From Eledone cirrhosa (Eukaryota), in contig OZ024742.1 of NCBI GenBank assembly GCA_964016885.1, positions 53,196,001 to 53,260,000 of the forward strand: a stretch of 64,000 bases of DNA. The letters are read 5' to 3'. Positions within the stretch are counted from its first letter, which is position 1, and each line of letters opens with the position of its first letter. The position numbers and the translations under genes were made by a program. Shown here piece by piece: positions 11,488-31,433 of the stretch. Below the pieces are notes generated by a model. The model worked only from the letters and a program-made list of their open reading frames with translations, was not told where the DNA came from and ran no database searches.

Positions 11488-12592
11488 AGAATGAAATGTT
11501 TAGTGTTACTACGGTAACGTTAACTATGGTTACATGCTGATACAACAAATTAGGTTGAAACAGTTTTTAGAGTTTTAAATCTTATGATGTCGTCAACAGT
11601 CATTGTTGTTGGTGGTGTTGGCGGCGGATTGTGATCGTGGTGGTGGAGGTGTTGATGGTAGTAGTGACAGCGTCAAACGCCATGTCGATGCTGATGGAGC
11701 AGACTATAGTGAAAAAAAAAACCCATTCCAACTGTGACAATCCCGTCTTCAATTTATATCCAGATATAACTGCATTATCTTGTGTCTCCTTCTTAAAACT
11801 GTTTAAGTATTATTTGAGAAAGATTTGGCAGCTATTTCTGTTTGTGTAAGTACAGTTGGGTATGATTTGAAGGCATTTTAGCTGCTATTTCTTTGTTTGT
11901 GGAGATACAGTTGGGATGATTTGAGGGAAGATTGGCGGTTACTTCTATGTATTGATACAGTTGTGGGGATTTTAGTTGTTATTTCTGTGTTTGGATCAAC
12001 TTTTACACAACTGCTTAACACATCCTTAGAAGATGATTGATTAACTGACAGGGAAATAACTACATATATAATGGATCTTCCGTCAGTTTAGAAGATCATC
12101 ATTCAATTGTTCGATCGACCGAACATCCAATTGGTGAATTAACCTCAAAGTAGTTGAGTATTCTACTTTGACTGAGCGTACAATTATCGTAATTCCCAAA
12201 CCAAAGATAGTGCGCTCTATCTGATGAGCTTTTACACAGTTTTAGACTGTCCTCTTTCACGCACAGGGCCTGTCTAGCCATGCCTGCACCGCCTGACGAA
12301 AGTAAAAAATTTCAAATTTTCATTCCTTACGGTGTGACCATGCTGCATATTTTACATGCTAAGTCTATTTCTAGTCGTAATTTTTATCAAAAGATACATC
12401 CTAAGCTTTCCCATCCATTCGTTGCTTTGCTATTTTCTCAGATGCATCTTAACAACAGAGCTGTTCTCCATTCTGTTTCGCAAACTGACATTTATACTTT
12501 AATGCACGAAATTGCATGAAGAAGGGTGACTGACGAGGTAGAGATGAATCTTATGTAACTGCATTTTCTACTGTTAATATATATATATATAT

Positions 12593-12625
<33 letters not shown>

Positions 12626-12657
12626 AATATGGGGAGAAGAATACTGCATGGTTGCAC

Positions 12658-13271
12658 ATGGATTACATGTTATAAAATGAGTCCCTCAGTGATTTGCCAA
12701 CGATCATTGGTATTTCATCGCATTAAAAATCATATACCTCACGTTGGTGCGACAATAACTAAAATAAGTTATTGGGAAAATTGAAACGCGTAAAGCGAGT
12801 GAGACAAGTAAACAACACAGGGGAAAACTAACCGAAGATGGAAAGAAACACAAGCAACATGGTTATTCTGTCAGAATAAGCTGGGTGAATATATGAGCGA
12901 GGAAGAAACAGACCTTTCGCTAGTGAATCCAATGTGAGAAAGAGGGAAAATCGGGTTCGTAGCGGACGGGAGGAAGTAAGAAAGGGAGAAACAGAGAGTG
13001 AGTGAGTGGAAGTGCGAGGAAGAGGTCAGTAGAGAGAAAGTGTTAACTGACATGACAGAGGGGACGAAAGAAAGTAAGAGAAACAGAGAGAACGAGGGAG
13101 CAGTAAGAGAGAAAGAGAGAAACATAGAATCGCAGTTTAGGTAAATATATGAAAAATATGGATTACATGTTATAAAATGAGTCCCTCATCAGTGATTTGC
13201 CAACGATCATTGGTATTTCATCGCATTAAAAATCATATACCTCACGTTGGTGAGACAATAACTAAAATAAG

Positions 13272-13274
<3 letters not shown>
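12658..13274. mobile_element. Non-coding element with about 115-bp terminal direct repeats, in (TA)n
   Basis: ATGGATTACATG...AATAAGTTAT occurs at about 12658-12772 and 13158-13274. Internal part is shared with 1-210. Confidence 0.65.
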
Positions 13275-13351
<77 letters not shown>

Positions 13352-13462
13352 CCAGTTTTTATATTTCGAAACGAAATTACCGTTGGTTCACCAAAGTGAG
13401 CACTTGATGCGTAGTCTCCAGTATGTACTTTGGAGCTGTACTAAGCATAGTGTAACGATAAT

Positions 13463-13622
13463 AATTGTTTCTACTTTAGGCACAAGACCAGCAATTACCC
13501 AGTACATTACTGGTACTTCATTTTATCGATCAGCGGGATTTGAACTCAGACCATAAAGGGCCGTAACTCTTTGCTGCAAAGCATGGCATCAGACCCTCTA
13601 CCGATACTGCCAATTCACCGCG
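13463..13622 (-). mobile_element. tRNA-derived SINE (internal deletion)
   Basis: Same family; the central block is partly deleted. Confidence 0.8.
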
Positions 13623-13793
13623 AATGATAATAATAAGCACAAACGAGGTGTCAAATTTTCATTACGTTTATTCAGGTGTGATGCGCTCAAGGTTCGATCT
13701 CTATCGATCGGGCTCGACTCTAGAATCAAAAGCTCAACAGACTTTTGTTAGCGGAATGATTCCCGTACAGCGTTAATTTTATGTGTGTGTGTG

Positions 13794-13889
<96 letters not shown>

Positions 13890-13892
<3 letters not shown>

Positions 13893-14060
13893 CGAGGGAA
13901 TTGTGGTAAGGAACCAGGTGGACCATACCGCACCAGAGTACTCAATACTTAGGGAGGTAGAGTGGGTGATAGGAAAAGGTATGACCCCGACGGCAGAGCT
14001 CAAGCCGTTTCGACGGCTATTTCAAATAGCCGTCGAAACGGCTTGAGCTCATACCTTTTC
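13890..14060 (-). mobile_element. Family D mini-element with half-hammerhead and fold-back
   Basis: GCCGTC-GAAA-CGGC..GCCG-TC-GGGGTC on the minus strand; perfect palindrome 13996-14022/14024-14050; (TA)n on both sides. Confidence 0.7.
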
Positions 14061-14341
14061 ATATATATATATTAACGCCAGGAAGTAGCTGAGGAGGAAG
14101 TAGATAGATGATTTTGTTTATTCGTCCCACGTTTATCATTTTCTTTTTCCTGTGCAACTTAGTAATAGTTTACAAACGCACACACACACACGCACACATA
14201 CACATGCGCGCGCGTGCACACACACACACACACACATGGCAACATGAATGGACCTGTTATTTTTATCTAAAGACTTTTTTTCCAATTCCAACCCGCCCGT
14301 CCCTTCAATCCATCTTATTTCTCAATTTCTCATTCTTTCTT

Positions 14342-14372
14342 CTGGTGAAGGACTAGCGTCCGAAGCGTTAAG
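14342..14372 (+). ncRNA. Degenerate minimal hammerhead-like motif
   Basis: CTGGTGAA-GGAC-TAGC-GTCC-GAAG-CGT-TA; two core substitutions. Confidence 0.35.
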
Positions 14373-14474
14373 GCCCACTTCCTGCTATTTCAAGCGTTAA
14401 CCTAATATATTCCTTCCATATACTGTACCGATTGTGTTGTTATTTCTGTTTACCTTTTACATATATATATATTT

Positions 14475-14852
<378 letters not shown>

Positions 14853-15016
14853 TTTCTATTTTTGACTCTGTATCCAATGAATTATATCGTTGAAAATTTT
14901 GTATTTTAAACTTTGCTTCACGACATCTTCTACATACGGATTACATTGAGTTCTTCATACGGTTTAGACCCTACCATTGATTGGTAGATTAATCTGTGTG
15001 TATATATATATATATG

Positions 15017-15371
15017 TAGAAGGTGAGTAATATTGTAGAACAATAAAACTATGCATATATCAGATAAGTAGCACTAAATAGTTGGTAGAACTGGAGTATA
15101 TATTAAAGAAGATATTAAAAGATGGTTAAAAAAGTTCCATATATTTTATGATGCGCATTTCGAAAACAACATCATCCTGGGACAAAAATTGTGTTCTCAT
15201 CAGATAAAATAAGGTAACATAATATGAGGCCTAAAAACACTTGTCAACAAGAAAGTGTCAAGTCTACTTTCTTGTTGACAAGTGTTTTTAGGCCTCATAT
15301 CATGTTACCTTATTTTTTCTGATGAGAACACAATTTTTGTCCCAGGATGATGTTGTTTTCGAAATGCGCAT
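15017..15371. mobile_element. Family C fold-back element
   Basis: 106-bp arms 15151-15256 and 15266-15371 around a 9-nt loop. The long arm (minus) ends CTTCTAC-(AT)n like family A. Confidence 0.78.
15143..15210 (-). ncRNA. Minimal type I hammerhead ribozyme (family C)
   Basis: ATTTTAT-CTGATGA-GAAC..TTC-GAAA-TGCGCA-TC-ATAAAAT; palindromic stem III ATGCGCAT; AUC cleavage triplet. Mirror copy at about 15312-15375 (+). Confidence 0.78.
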
Positions 15372-15377
15372 AATAAT

Positions 15378-15611
15378 AATTGTTTCTACTTTAGGCACAA
15401 GGCCAGCAATTACCCAGTGCATTAATAATTGTTTCTACTTTAGGCACAAGGCCAGCAATTACCCAGTGCATTACTGGTACTTTATTTTATCGACCCCGTA
15501 AGGATGAAAGGCAAAGTCAACCTCGGCGGGATTTGAACTCAGATCGTAAAGGGACGTAACTATGCTGAAAGCATGGCGTCCGACCCTCTACCGATACTGC
15601 CAATCCACCAC
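15378..15611 (-). mobile_element. tRNA-derived SINE with duplicated 3' tail
   Basis: Full SINE about 15427-15611 plus a tandem copy of its 3' end at 15378-15424. Confidence 0.85.
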
Positions 15612-15628
15612 CCAGTGCATTAATAATA

Positions 15629-15736
<108 letters not shown>

Positions 15737-15923
15737 GGGCGGTGAATTGGCAGTATCGGTAGAGGGTCGGACGTCATATTTTGGCGCATAGAGTTACGGC
15801 CCTTGCCATTCTGAGTTCAAATCCCGCCGAGGTTAACTTTGCCTTTCATCATTATGGGGTCGATAAAATAAAGTACCAGTAATACACTGGGTAATTGCTG
15901 GCCTTGTGCCAAAAGTAGAAACA
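15737..15923 (+). mobile_element. tRNA-derived SINE
   Basis: Full-length, with A/B boxes and (ATT)n flanks. Confidence 0.88.
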
Positions 15924-15941
15924 ATTATTATTATTATTATT

Positions 15942-22045
<6,104 letters not shown>

Positions 22046-22135
22046 AATAATAATTATTATTATTATAATAACAAATAATCCTTATCCAGCCCTCACCGGA
22101 TTTTAGTCTTCACATTTATTATTACTATATTCCTG

Positions 22136-22176
<41 letters not shown>

Positions 22177-22222
22177 AAATACCACGCTACCACACTAAAC
22201 CTCACCATAAACCACAAAATGA

Positions 22223-22348
<126 letters not shown>

Positions 22349-22704
22349 GTGTTCTGTTCATCCTCAGCTGTAACTTTGCCTCACTTCTACACATGAGGCC
22401 CCAAAACATGAAAATCAGCTGAAGAACCTGATAATTCTAACATGTTATCGCAGACATTCGAACACAGACAAAAATCGATACCAATATCTTGACGTCATTG
22501 CAATTTTTTTTTCTTTTTACTCTCACTCTTACCCATTATTATTCACAGATAATTGTACTGGCTTGCTATCATAATACCTTGGTTTATAATACCGTGCGCG
22601 CGCGTGTCTGTGCGTGCACAAGCGTGTGTGTGTGCGCACGTGCGTATGTTGTGTTATGTTGTATGTGTGTCTGTTGTATATTGACCTGTTGTGTATGCTC
22701 TATA

Positions 22705-22737
<33 letters not shown>

Positions 22738-23009
22738 ATATTTAATGAAAGATGAGTACATTATGTGTGCGTATGTCCGTGTGTATATATGTACGTATGT
22801 ATGTTAACTAATGTGTGTGTTGTGTTATTTTTGTATGTGTGTGTATGTTTGTGTCACATGATTTAAGGTAGGGAGTGTGGACTGTGTACTGAAAAATGCA
22901 GACTTAACTAATTTTCTTAGTGTGGTCAGAGCAAGAATTATCAAAAATTACGTTCATCTTACCAAACTACTTATAGTTTGAAATTATTTTTTTATTTGGG
23001 AGGATAGGG

Positions 23010-23345
23010 TCCACACTGTCGAGCTAGCCTATGGTGCTAAATACCCTGACACACATTGTAGGGTATTATAGGTCGTCAGATGCCTGGGTACATACCGTAG
23101 AGCAGCCCAAGTTGTTAAATACCTAGATTCACATTATATGGGTACCCAAGGGCGCTAGATCCCCAAACACTCATTGTAGGATTTGTCTGTAGAAGTAGTC
23201 TAGAGCACTAAATACCCAGTTACACATTATGGAGCTAGTCTAGAGTGCTAAATACCCAGGTACACACTGTGGAGGTAGTCTAGATTTCTAAATATCCAGG
23301 TAAAGATTGTGGAGATTGTCTAAGGTGCTAAATACCCAAGACACA
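23010..23345. repeat. Degenerate minisatellite, unit about 40 bp
   Basis: Recurrent GTGCTAAATACCCAG..CACATTGTGGAG..AGTCTAG. Confidence 0.7.
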
Positions 23346-23529
23346 TTTAAATATTCAGGCGCCGGCTCTATCTACTAATTATTTAGGTCCTCTAAGTTGA
23401 TCTGAGTCATTCAACTAACAATGCTGGTAAACAGAAGTTTGCTATGCTATCATCTAGTCCCGGTTTAGATACCACTGCGTAGCATCCTGGACAAGCGTCA
23501 TTTACCATACCCTTAGGTCGACTTATGCC

Positions 23530-23602
23530 TGCGCTGCTGTTACTACTACTACTACTACTTCTACTGCTGCTGCTGCTACTACTACTACTGTTGCTGCTGC
23601 TG

Positions 23603-23636
<34 letters not shown>

Positions 23637-23647
23637 TGCTGCTGCTG

Positions 23648-23682
<35 letters not shown>

Positions 23683-23845
23683 GCTGCTGCTACTGCTGCT
23701 TCTGTTGCTGCTACTGCTGTTGCTGATGATGATGCTACTATTTTTATTACTACTGCTGCCACTACCACAACCAGCATCACCACCACCAACACCACCACCT
23801 ACACCACCATATACACCACCACCACCACTACTACTACTACTGCAA
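23530..23845. repeat. Compound (CTA)/(CTG)/(CCA) trinucleotide repeat
   Basis: Direct reading. Confidence 0.9.
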
Positions 23846-24559
23846 TAATCTACCCCAACCAGTTGAGAGGAAGTGGGTTATTCTGCAATATTAAATAGTC
23901 TTGAAGACTTCTCAACGATAATCCAGAGGAATTATTTGCCTAGCAACAGCAGCAGTTTGTCTTTGTGAAATCCCCTCTCCCTACCCCATCTATCTCCTCT
24001 TCCACCCTCCCCTTCTCCTCCCTCTTATCTTCTCATCTTCTTCCTCATCTTTCACCCCCTCCCCATTTCCCCTCTTCCTTCCCCCTCTCTCTCCATCATC
24101 GCAGTTCTTCTGTCTCTCTTAACTTAAGATTTCTTATCTCCAACCCGATCACTTCCTCTTCAGTCTTCTGATGAAGACTAGACCAGCTGATAATTCAGGT
24201 AGTCCACCTCATCCGCCATTCTCTTCACCTTGCCACTTTATCCTCCATCCTCCCACGCAGGGAACACCTGGGAAATCTTCTATTCAATGAAATACCATTA
24301 TTGTAAGTCTGCCAACCAGCCAGTTAGCCATGCCACCATCGATCGATAGATCCATACATCTAACCAGTCAGGCAGCCTTCGATCCATCCATCCAGCTGTC
24401 CATCCAGCCTCCCATCGATCCATTCATCGATCCATATATCCAGTCAATCCGACGTCGATCAAACCTTCCAGCTTTTAGTCGCCTTTAACCCTCTATAGAA
24501 TACCTAGGTGGAATTTCCTCTGAACGTATTGTCCGATTAGCAGAAGGCTATGAGCGCTT

Positions 24560-24790
24560 GAAAACATTCCATTTTCCAAGCACACCCTCTCGGTCATCGC
24601 TTGACCCAGGACTGCAGTGCCATCAGGGAGACGAGCTGTGGAAACAAGCGCCAAGAAGACGATGACCACACCTATTCACTGGCAAGGAAAAGCTGGAGAT
24701 GTAGCTTCAGAGCATGTCAGCGCATCATCAACCACGACATGCTAAATTTTCCATGCAGTATGTGTTGACAGCAAATGGATCGCCTGTGTT
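24560..24790 (-). mobile_element. Old Tx1-like ORF2 fragment
   Basis: Reverse complement is homologous to the RRSICCQH..MPWLMM..LQSWVK segment (about 20860-21060). Confidence 0.65.
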
Positions 24791-24869
24791 ACAAATGTTT
24801 TTGAAAATAATCAAGAATGTGGAAAGATTTAGAAATAGTACTAACTTTCTTTATTTTAACATATTTTCT

Positions 24870-25230
24870 AATTACCCTCTTTCCATTCGGAGGAGGTAAA
24901 TCCCTCATCTGGGACGCCACATGTTGTGCCACGTTCTCCGCCTCCAACTTAGTTGCTTCGGCTACAAAACCCGGTACTGCGGCACGCTATGCACAGGAAA
25001 GGAAGACAAACAAATACTGGCGATTGTCCGGCCACTTTCTCTTTGTACCGCCCCGCGAGGTGGGTGGCTGTTGCAGCGGGTGTCGCTGGCTATTGTCCAC
25101 GGAAATGCTTTTGCGGTCTTGACCGCACCCTAAGCCCAGAGCCATCACCCACCCCCTTCCTCCTCCCATTCTTTTGTGACACTAGAACTCTTGCCTTTCC
25201 CTTCCTTTCCGTTTTTAAAAATTAATAAAA
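24870..25230 (+). mobile_element. CRE-like RLE element 3' fragment
   Basis: ITLFPFGGGKSLIWDATC...ERK..KY; WLLQRVSLAIVHGNAFAVL. Confidence 0.7.
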
Positions 25231-26096
25231 TTTCAAGGGTACCTTAATAATCTGTCTGTATTAGATGTTTGTCTGAATTAGAACCCTTGCAGTTCTCTTC
25301 CTTTTCCGTTTTTTTTAAAAATAAAGAATGTTTCAAATACTTTTGAAAATGACGAAAAATTTGGAGGAAATTGATATGTCAGGGAATTCATTCTTTAGCC
25401 CGCCTGATGAAACAGAATATCATTCCTCCATCTATACATCCGTTACTGGTGCCATCATAAAGTCATTCCTCTAGCCTACCTTCCAGCGTTATTATGTGAA
25501 TTTTCCCGATCTTTAACCCGGTGTCATCTTCAAGAGTGCAACATTGTAAAATAGGGCTTGCAGTGAAATTCAATGCACCCTAACTTCCTTGGTGACAGGC
25601 CAACAATCTTGCCACACACTGTGTAACACTGAACCTCTCCGAGAATTATGTTAAAAGTACACATGTCTACGGAATACTCAGCCACTTCCATGTTTAGTTC
25701 GTGAACCAGCTGTTCCGTTCATCAAACAATTGGAACACTCATCGTCGCATTTAAGACTAATATAGAAACGTCGAATTATTTATAATTACCTATAATTACT
25801 TGATATTTATTCTTCGATTAAAATGAGTTGAAATGTACTTTATGGCTTTGTGGAGTTCATGTGAGTCTCATCACAGACACCTACATACACACGCGCGCTA
25901 GCGCGCGCACACACACACACACAATATGTACGTGTGTGTGTGCATCTGCGTATGTGTGTGTATGCGTATCAAAATAATGAGTATGTACTTCCATACATTC
26001 ATACATGCATACATATACACACATACATACATACATGATGTCTGCCCCTTGGTTTTCGAGTATGGCCATTGCACGATATACCATTATTAATAGTTA

Positions 26097-26271
26097 TGGC
26101 AGTATCGGTAGAGGGTCGGACGCCATGCTTTCCAGCATAGTTACGTCCCTTTACGATCTGAGTTCAAATCCCGCCGAGGTTGACTTTGCCTTTCATCCTT
26201 ACAGGGTCGATAAAATAAAGTACTAGTAATGCACTGGATAATTGCTGGCCTTGTGCCTAAAGTAGAAACAA
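26097..26271 (+). mobile_element. tRNA-derived SINE
   Basis: Same family core. Confidence 0.85.
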
Positions 26272-26869
26272 TTAATTAATTCTATCGTGCGATGCCTGTG
26301 CGTGAAGATTTTTTTTAAAATGAGGAAAGACTGTGCACTGAGCCAATCCCACTCTCTGAGCGACAGTAGCTATAACCCGAAAAGAAGAAAAAATTAACAT
26401 CGTCGGTAATTACTGAGCCGCAGGTTTTATGTCGGAGTTATCCCAGTTTCCTGAGTTGCCTTCTCCTAGAAGAATGTCCTGACAAAGGCTAGGGGTACTT
26501 CACTCCCAGTGATTTAACCGCGCGATCGGGTGTCCAGTCCAGCCCGACTATTTCTATGTCCCCGCACATATACTTACACATGCACCTATGTATATACACA
26601 TATACATACATATTTACATGTGTATATACATATTTACACACTTTTGGATGGCCGTTGACTCTTATGAGTTCTTCCGCCCTTTGTCAGGTTTTGTTTTTTT
26701 GTCCTGCAGGGTGTCCGAAATCAAGCTCCTTACCAAGTAAACTTGGTGGGGTTGCCGGTTTAGTCGCCGACGACCCGACCATGCGACAGGTTGTACTGGG
26801 TTACACGTTACCAGTAGCACTCAAGAATGACTCGACTTACATATATATATATATATATATACACACACA

Positions 26870-27098
26870 GAAAGTGCCTAGTCCTCACTGTCAAGTGGTC
26901 GTTGTAAGTGACACAACAAAAAGCATCCAGCTCACACTGTAAATGTTGTTGGCGTTAGGAAGGGGATCCAGCTGTAGAAACCTAGGCAAAATCAGTTCTG
27001 TGTGAACGAAACCCCCCCCCCACCTGGTCTCTCACAAAGGGACAGCCCGTCCTACCCATGCTAGCGTGGAATATGGACGTTAGACGATGATGATGATG
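26870..27098 (+). mobile_element. Second SINE/LINE-tail family fragment
   Basis: CACACTGTAAA..GGCGTTAGGAAGGGGATCCAGCTGTAGAAA..CCCATGCTAGCGTGGAA..GGACGTTA-(GAT)n. Related pieces at about 41790-42052, 51310-51553, 59067-59113(-), 61210-61750 and 62430-62630. Confidence 0.65.
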
Positions 27099-27245
27099 AA
27101 TATATAGCCACACACACATATAGACATCAAAGACATACACACACATAAGGGATAGTTTATATGTGTGTTGTAATCATCTAAAATGTCAACTCATACATAC
27201 ATACATACATACATACATACATACATACATACATACATACATACA

Positions 27246-27278
<33 letters not shown>

Positions 27279-27345
27279 TCATAATTACTATAATGCAACT
27301 ATGTACATGTTTTCATGTTGTGCATACTAAGTCTGTCTGTCTATC

Positions 27346-27861
27346 CTGTTGACTGCCGAGTCCATAGTAAGGATTAAACCACCACCTTCATTTAAAAACG
27401 AAGGAGAGGCGGTTTCCCTTTGTATGGTGGCTATGGTGAAAGAGGTAATATGGTGGACAAGATTGAGAGGACTGAGGACAGATGCCTTTCTCTCCGGACA
27501 ACTGCCCATTCCCTTCTTTAGATACCACTTCTGAAGGAGAATCAGAGTGGAGAGAGAGGTACTGCACCGCAGTAAATTTACTGAAAGGTGGGTGAATGTG
27601 GCGAGAATGGCCCGAGTGATTGGGCCTTCTTTGTATATAAACCTGTAGGTTGAGGAAGAGAGCGAAAAGAAGAAAGGAGCACTTTTAAAACATGCTCCTG
27701 GAGTTGAGGGTTGTTCTATCTACGGGGTATAAAACAACCCATTTGTAACGCCTCCCCCCTATTGGGGATTTCGATTGTTGAATTATGTTAACATTTTTTT
27801 ACACGATTGTATGTAAAATCCCCACCCTATGTCTTTGTATTGTCCCATTTCTTGTGCGCCC
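27346..27861 (+). mobile_element. 5'-truncated Tx1-like LINE 3' end
   Basis: Closely similar to about 39153-39670 (LTAESIVRIKPP..MVKEVIWW plus 3'UTR). Confidence 0.85.
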
Positions 27862-28142
27862 TATCTATCTACCTACCTACCTATCTATCTATCTGCCAGT
27901 TTGTCTGCCTGTCTTATTGTCTATCCGTATATCTATCTGTCTGTATGTCTGCCAGTCTATTTAAAATGAAGCACCTTCAGCACATTAATGTTGGTGAGTA
28001 AACTATCCTTTGTGAATTTCCTCTTGGCAATGATATGAAGAGCCGGCAAAGAAGGATTTAAAAAATGTGACGTGCCAATAAATGTTTATTCTATTGGTAA
28101 CGTTTTTAACACCTCTCAAAAGACAACAAATCTCGATTATTT

Positions 28143-30738
28143 CATCATCATCATGTTCCCGCAACTGGTGCAGCCAGTCGTTGGCGTGCCACTCGAGACA
28201 TTTTTGAAGCCATTTGTCACAATTGGTCTTTATTCTCCGTCATGCGTAGAAGGGTCTCGGTGTTGTGACCAATCCAGTCTTTGATGTTGTCGTACCAGGA
28301 TTGTCTGTCTCGACTGTACCCTGAAGGATGGTTTTGGACAAGGTGCTGTGGTGAGATATATGACCATACTAGGCAAGCTTTCGTCTTTTCCTATCGCAAG
28401 GACTGGTTCCTGTCTGCCAGCATATTTATAAACTTGCTGCCTGAGAAAGCTGTTTGTTTTGAGCTCCGTGTATGGGGTGTGCAGCAACCTTCTGAAGCAC
28501 TTGTGCTGAAATGACTGGATTCTTCGTTCCATGTCTGCTGTGAGAGTCCAACTCTCACATCCATACAAAAGGATCGAAATCACTAAGGACTTGTACAATT
28601 TGATCTTCGTTGGAAAACTGATGGAGTTGCTTTTCCATGTAACGTGTAGTTTTCCTACGGCAGAAGTGGCCAGGGCGAGTCTTGTCAGTATCTCCTTTGA
28701 GATCGGCGATCTATGGGTAGTGTAGAACCGAGGTACCTGAAGGTGTCCACTTTTTCAAGTCTTCTTCCGTTCAGCATGATGTTGGTTGCTGTATTCTGAT
28801 TATTACTGTTAACCAAAATCTTGCTCCTTTTTTTTAGCTGATCTCCATTCCATATGCTTCTGATACTTTTTACAGTCTGGTAGTTACCTTCTGGAGTTCT
28901 GCTTCACTGCTTCCCAACAGGTCAATGTCATCAGCAAATCGCAGGTTGGAAATGGGCCGTCTTCCAATGGATATTGAGGTGTAGAAGTCTTGGAGAATCT
29001 CTTGCATAATGCTTTCCAGGAAGATGTTGAAAAACAAGGTTGATGTCAAAGTTGTAATCTTTCACCACCTTCTACAAACCCTCATGCCAAACATGGTCAA
29101 AGGCATTTTTAGAGTCGATGAAGTTATGATAGAGGTCAGATTGGTGCTGCAGATGTTTCTCAGTGACCAGTCTGACGTTAAATATTTTCTCTTATACTTC
29201 TTTTGGGGCTGAATCCTGTCTGTTCTTCTGCCAGGATTTCTTCTGCTTTTCCCTTAAGTCTGTTTATAAGAACTCTTAGAAGTACTTTGCTGGAATGGCT
29301 AATTAGGCTGATTGTTCTGTAATTCTGGCAGAGTCTTACATTTTCATTTTTTGGGAATGGGTATCATCAGTGATTGGGTCCATTCTTTTGGCTACTTCTT
29401 TGTTTCCCATATCTTCTGACAGGTAATTGTTGTATCTTAATAAATTTTGGCCCTCCATGTTTTAGGAGCTCTGATGGAATGTTATCGACTCCAGGAGATT
29501 TACCATCTTTAAGCATGTGCACCGCCCGCCTATTCAGCTTTCCCCTGGAGAATTGGAGTATCTTTAATTTTATTGTTCTTATTGGTGGAATTGTCCAAGA
29601 TGTTGATGTTATGTCTGAGTTTGTGGTTATAAAGGTCTTCCCATTACTCAGACCATCTTTTGATGACATGGGCCTCGTCTGTGAGGAGCAAGCCAGTTTT
29701 GTCCTCATTAGCAGTGCTTGTGTGCTACTTTCTTTCTTTTTTTTTTTTTTTTTTTTTTTGCATTTTGAGGGTTTCATAAACAGCCTTGTTGCCCCTTTTT
29801 TTTAATTCCAGCTTCGATTTTTTTGCACTGGTCTGATATCCACTTCTCTTTGGCTTCCCTCATTTTCTTGCTGACCTTCCTATCCACAGCGTTGTATTGT
29901 TTGTTTTGCCTCCTGGTCTGTTAGTTTGGTATTCCTCAAGTCACGTCTTAAATCACATAGGCTAAAAATGTCATCAGTGACCCATGGTTTATTTTTCCTT
30001 CTCTTTCTTCCCAGCACTTCTCAAGCTGTTTTATGAAGTGTTTCCTTGATGTTATCGGTTAAGGATTTAATATCTTCTAGAAGGTTAAGGGCTGCAAACC
30101 TGCCACCTACATTTGGCCCAAACGTTGCTACAATACTAGGGTCTCTTAGTTTGTCTACATCTAATCTAATATGCGTGGCTCCCTTTTTATGGATCTTTTT
30201 CAATTTAAGCTTTAATGCCTTCAGAACCAAATCATGATTTCGGTTGAAATCTGCACAAGGGAATGTCTTAGTCCTGGCCTTATCGATACTGGACTTGGAC
30301 CTTTGAGATGCGCGGATGAAGTACATTTGGTTGTGAGTCCTACCATTGGGTACATATCATCATGTTGTTCTCCGTGAGGTCCTGTGTGGGAGCAGTATGT
30401 TGGCTAGGGTCAGCTTGTGAGTGCTGGCAAATTCTAGGAGGTGAAATCAACGTTCATTTGTTTCTCCAAATCCAGATCGTCCCACTGGCCTAGTCTATTG
30501 GTCATATGCACCTATGCCTGCTTTGGCATTCCAGTCTCCTAAGACGATGATGATGTCTTTCTTAGGAGCTGTCCTGATGATTTTCTCCAGGATCTCATAG
30601 AACGCTTCAACAGCATCATCGTCATAGGCGATATTCTGTGGTCTTGCAGCCACCTGCATGGTGATGAGTCTGCTGGATACTGGTGCACAGCTGATGACTG
30701 AGCTCACTCTGGTTTTGTTGACGATGAAACCCACTCCG
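28143..30738 (-). mobile_element. RTE-clade LINE, degraded
   Basis: APE (GFIVNK, VLGDWNAK), GKSPGVDNIPSELLK, SNLRFADDIDL, LLYGCESWT; (ATG)n tail. Confidence 0.85.
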
Positions 30739-31265
30739 CGTGGTAGTGATAAGTAGTGATTTTCATTAGCTCGTTTTTCGTGGTAAAAGTTTAGAAGCTC
30801 TTAGCTTCGTGTAGAAAATGTATATAGAATAATAACGAACATAACGGAATACATTTAACGGTTACAATATTGCCAGCCAAGTATTAATATTTAAATATTA
30901 ACATAGCGTAGTTATGGATAAATATTTATATGAAAGTCATATGCAGTATGTTTCATCAAAGTATTTAATATCGCCGTGAAATTAAATTCCATGAATAAAC
31001 GAGAGAAGCTTTATATGCTTATCAAACATATTGTCTATGGTATTTATTCATAATAATTCTATAGTAACTTATTAATGTTCTGTAATCTTTTACTGGTTTT
31101 AGTCATTTTACTGTGTCCATTTAGTTTGCCTGTGTGGTCAGGAGTCATTTGATGACTTATCCTAAGTTACCTTACACGGGTATCTACAAGAATGAGAGGA
31201 GAAAATATTAATGGCATAACTTTCTTCACCTGAACATTTACCATTGTTACACACATACATATATA

Positions 31266-31433
31266 CTGTATTTCCCGGCGTCGAAGACGTTACCTTTTTT
31301 CCTAAAATAAGTCTCAAAAATGTACCAAACGTCCTGGAGGCAGAAGGTTGTTTATCATTTTTTTTTCAAATTTTTGGTTGTCAAAATTAGGGTGCATCCT
31401 CGAGGACGAAGCGTCTTCGGCGCCGGGAAATAC

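Noticed and set aside
12215-12545. Isolated CTGATGA/CTGACGA words (also 22419, 24168, 25405, 48999)
   Set aside because: I could not build stems I-III with a correctly placed GAAA and NUH. They are chance matches or too decayed to call.
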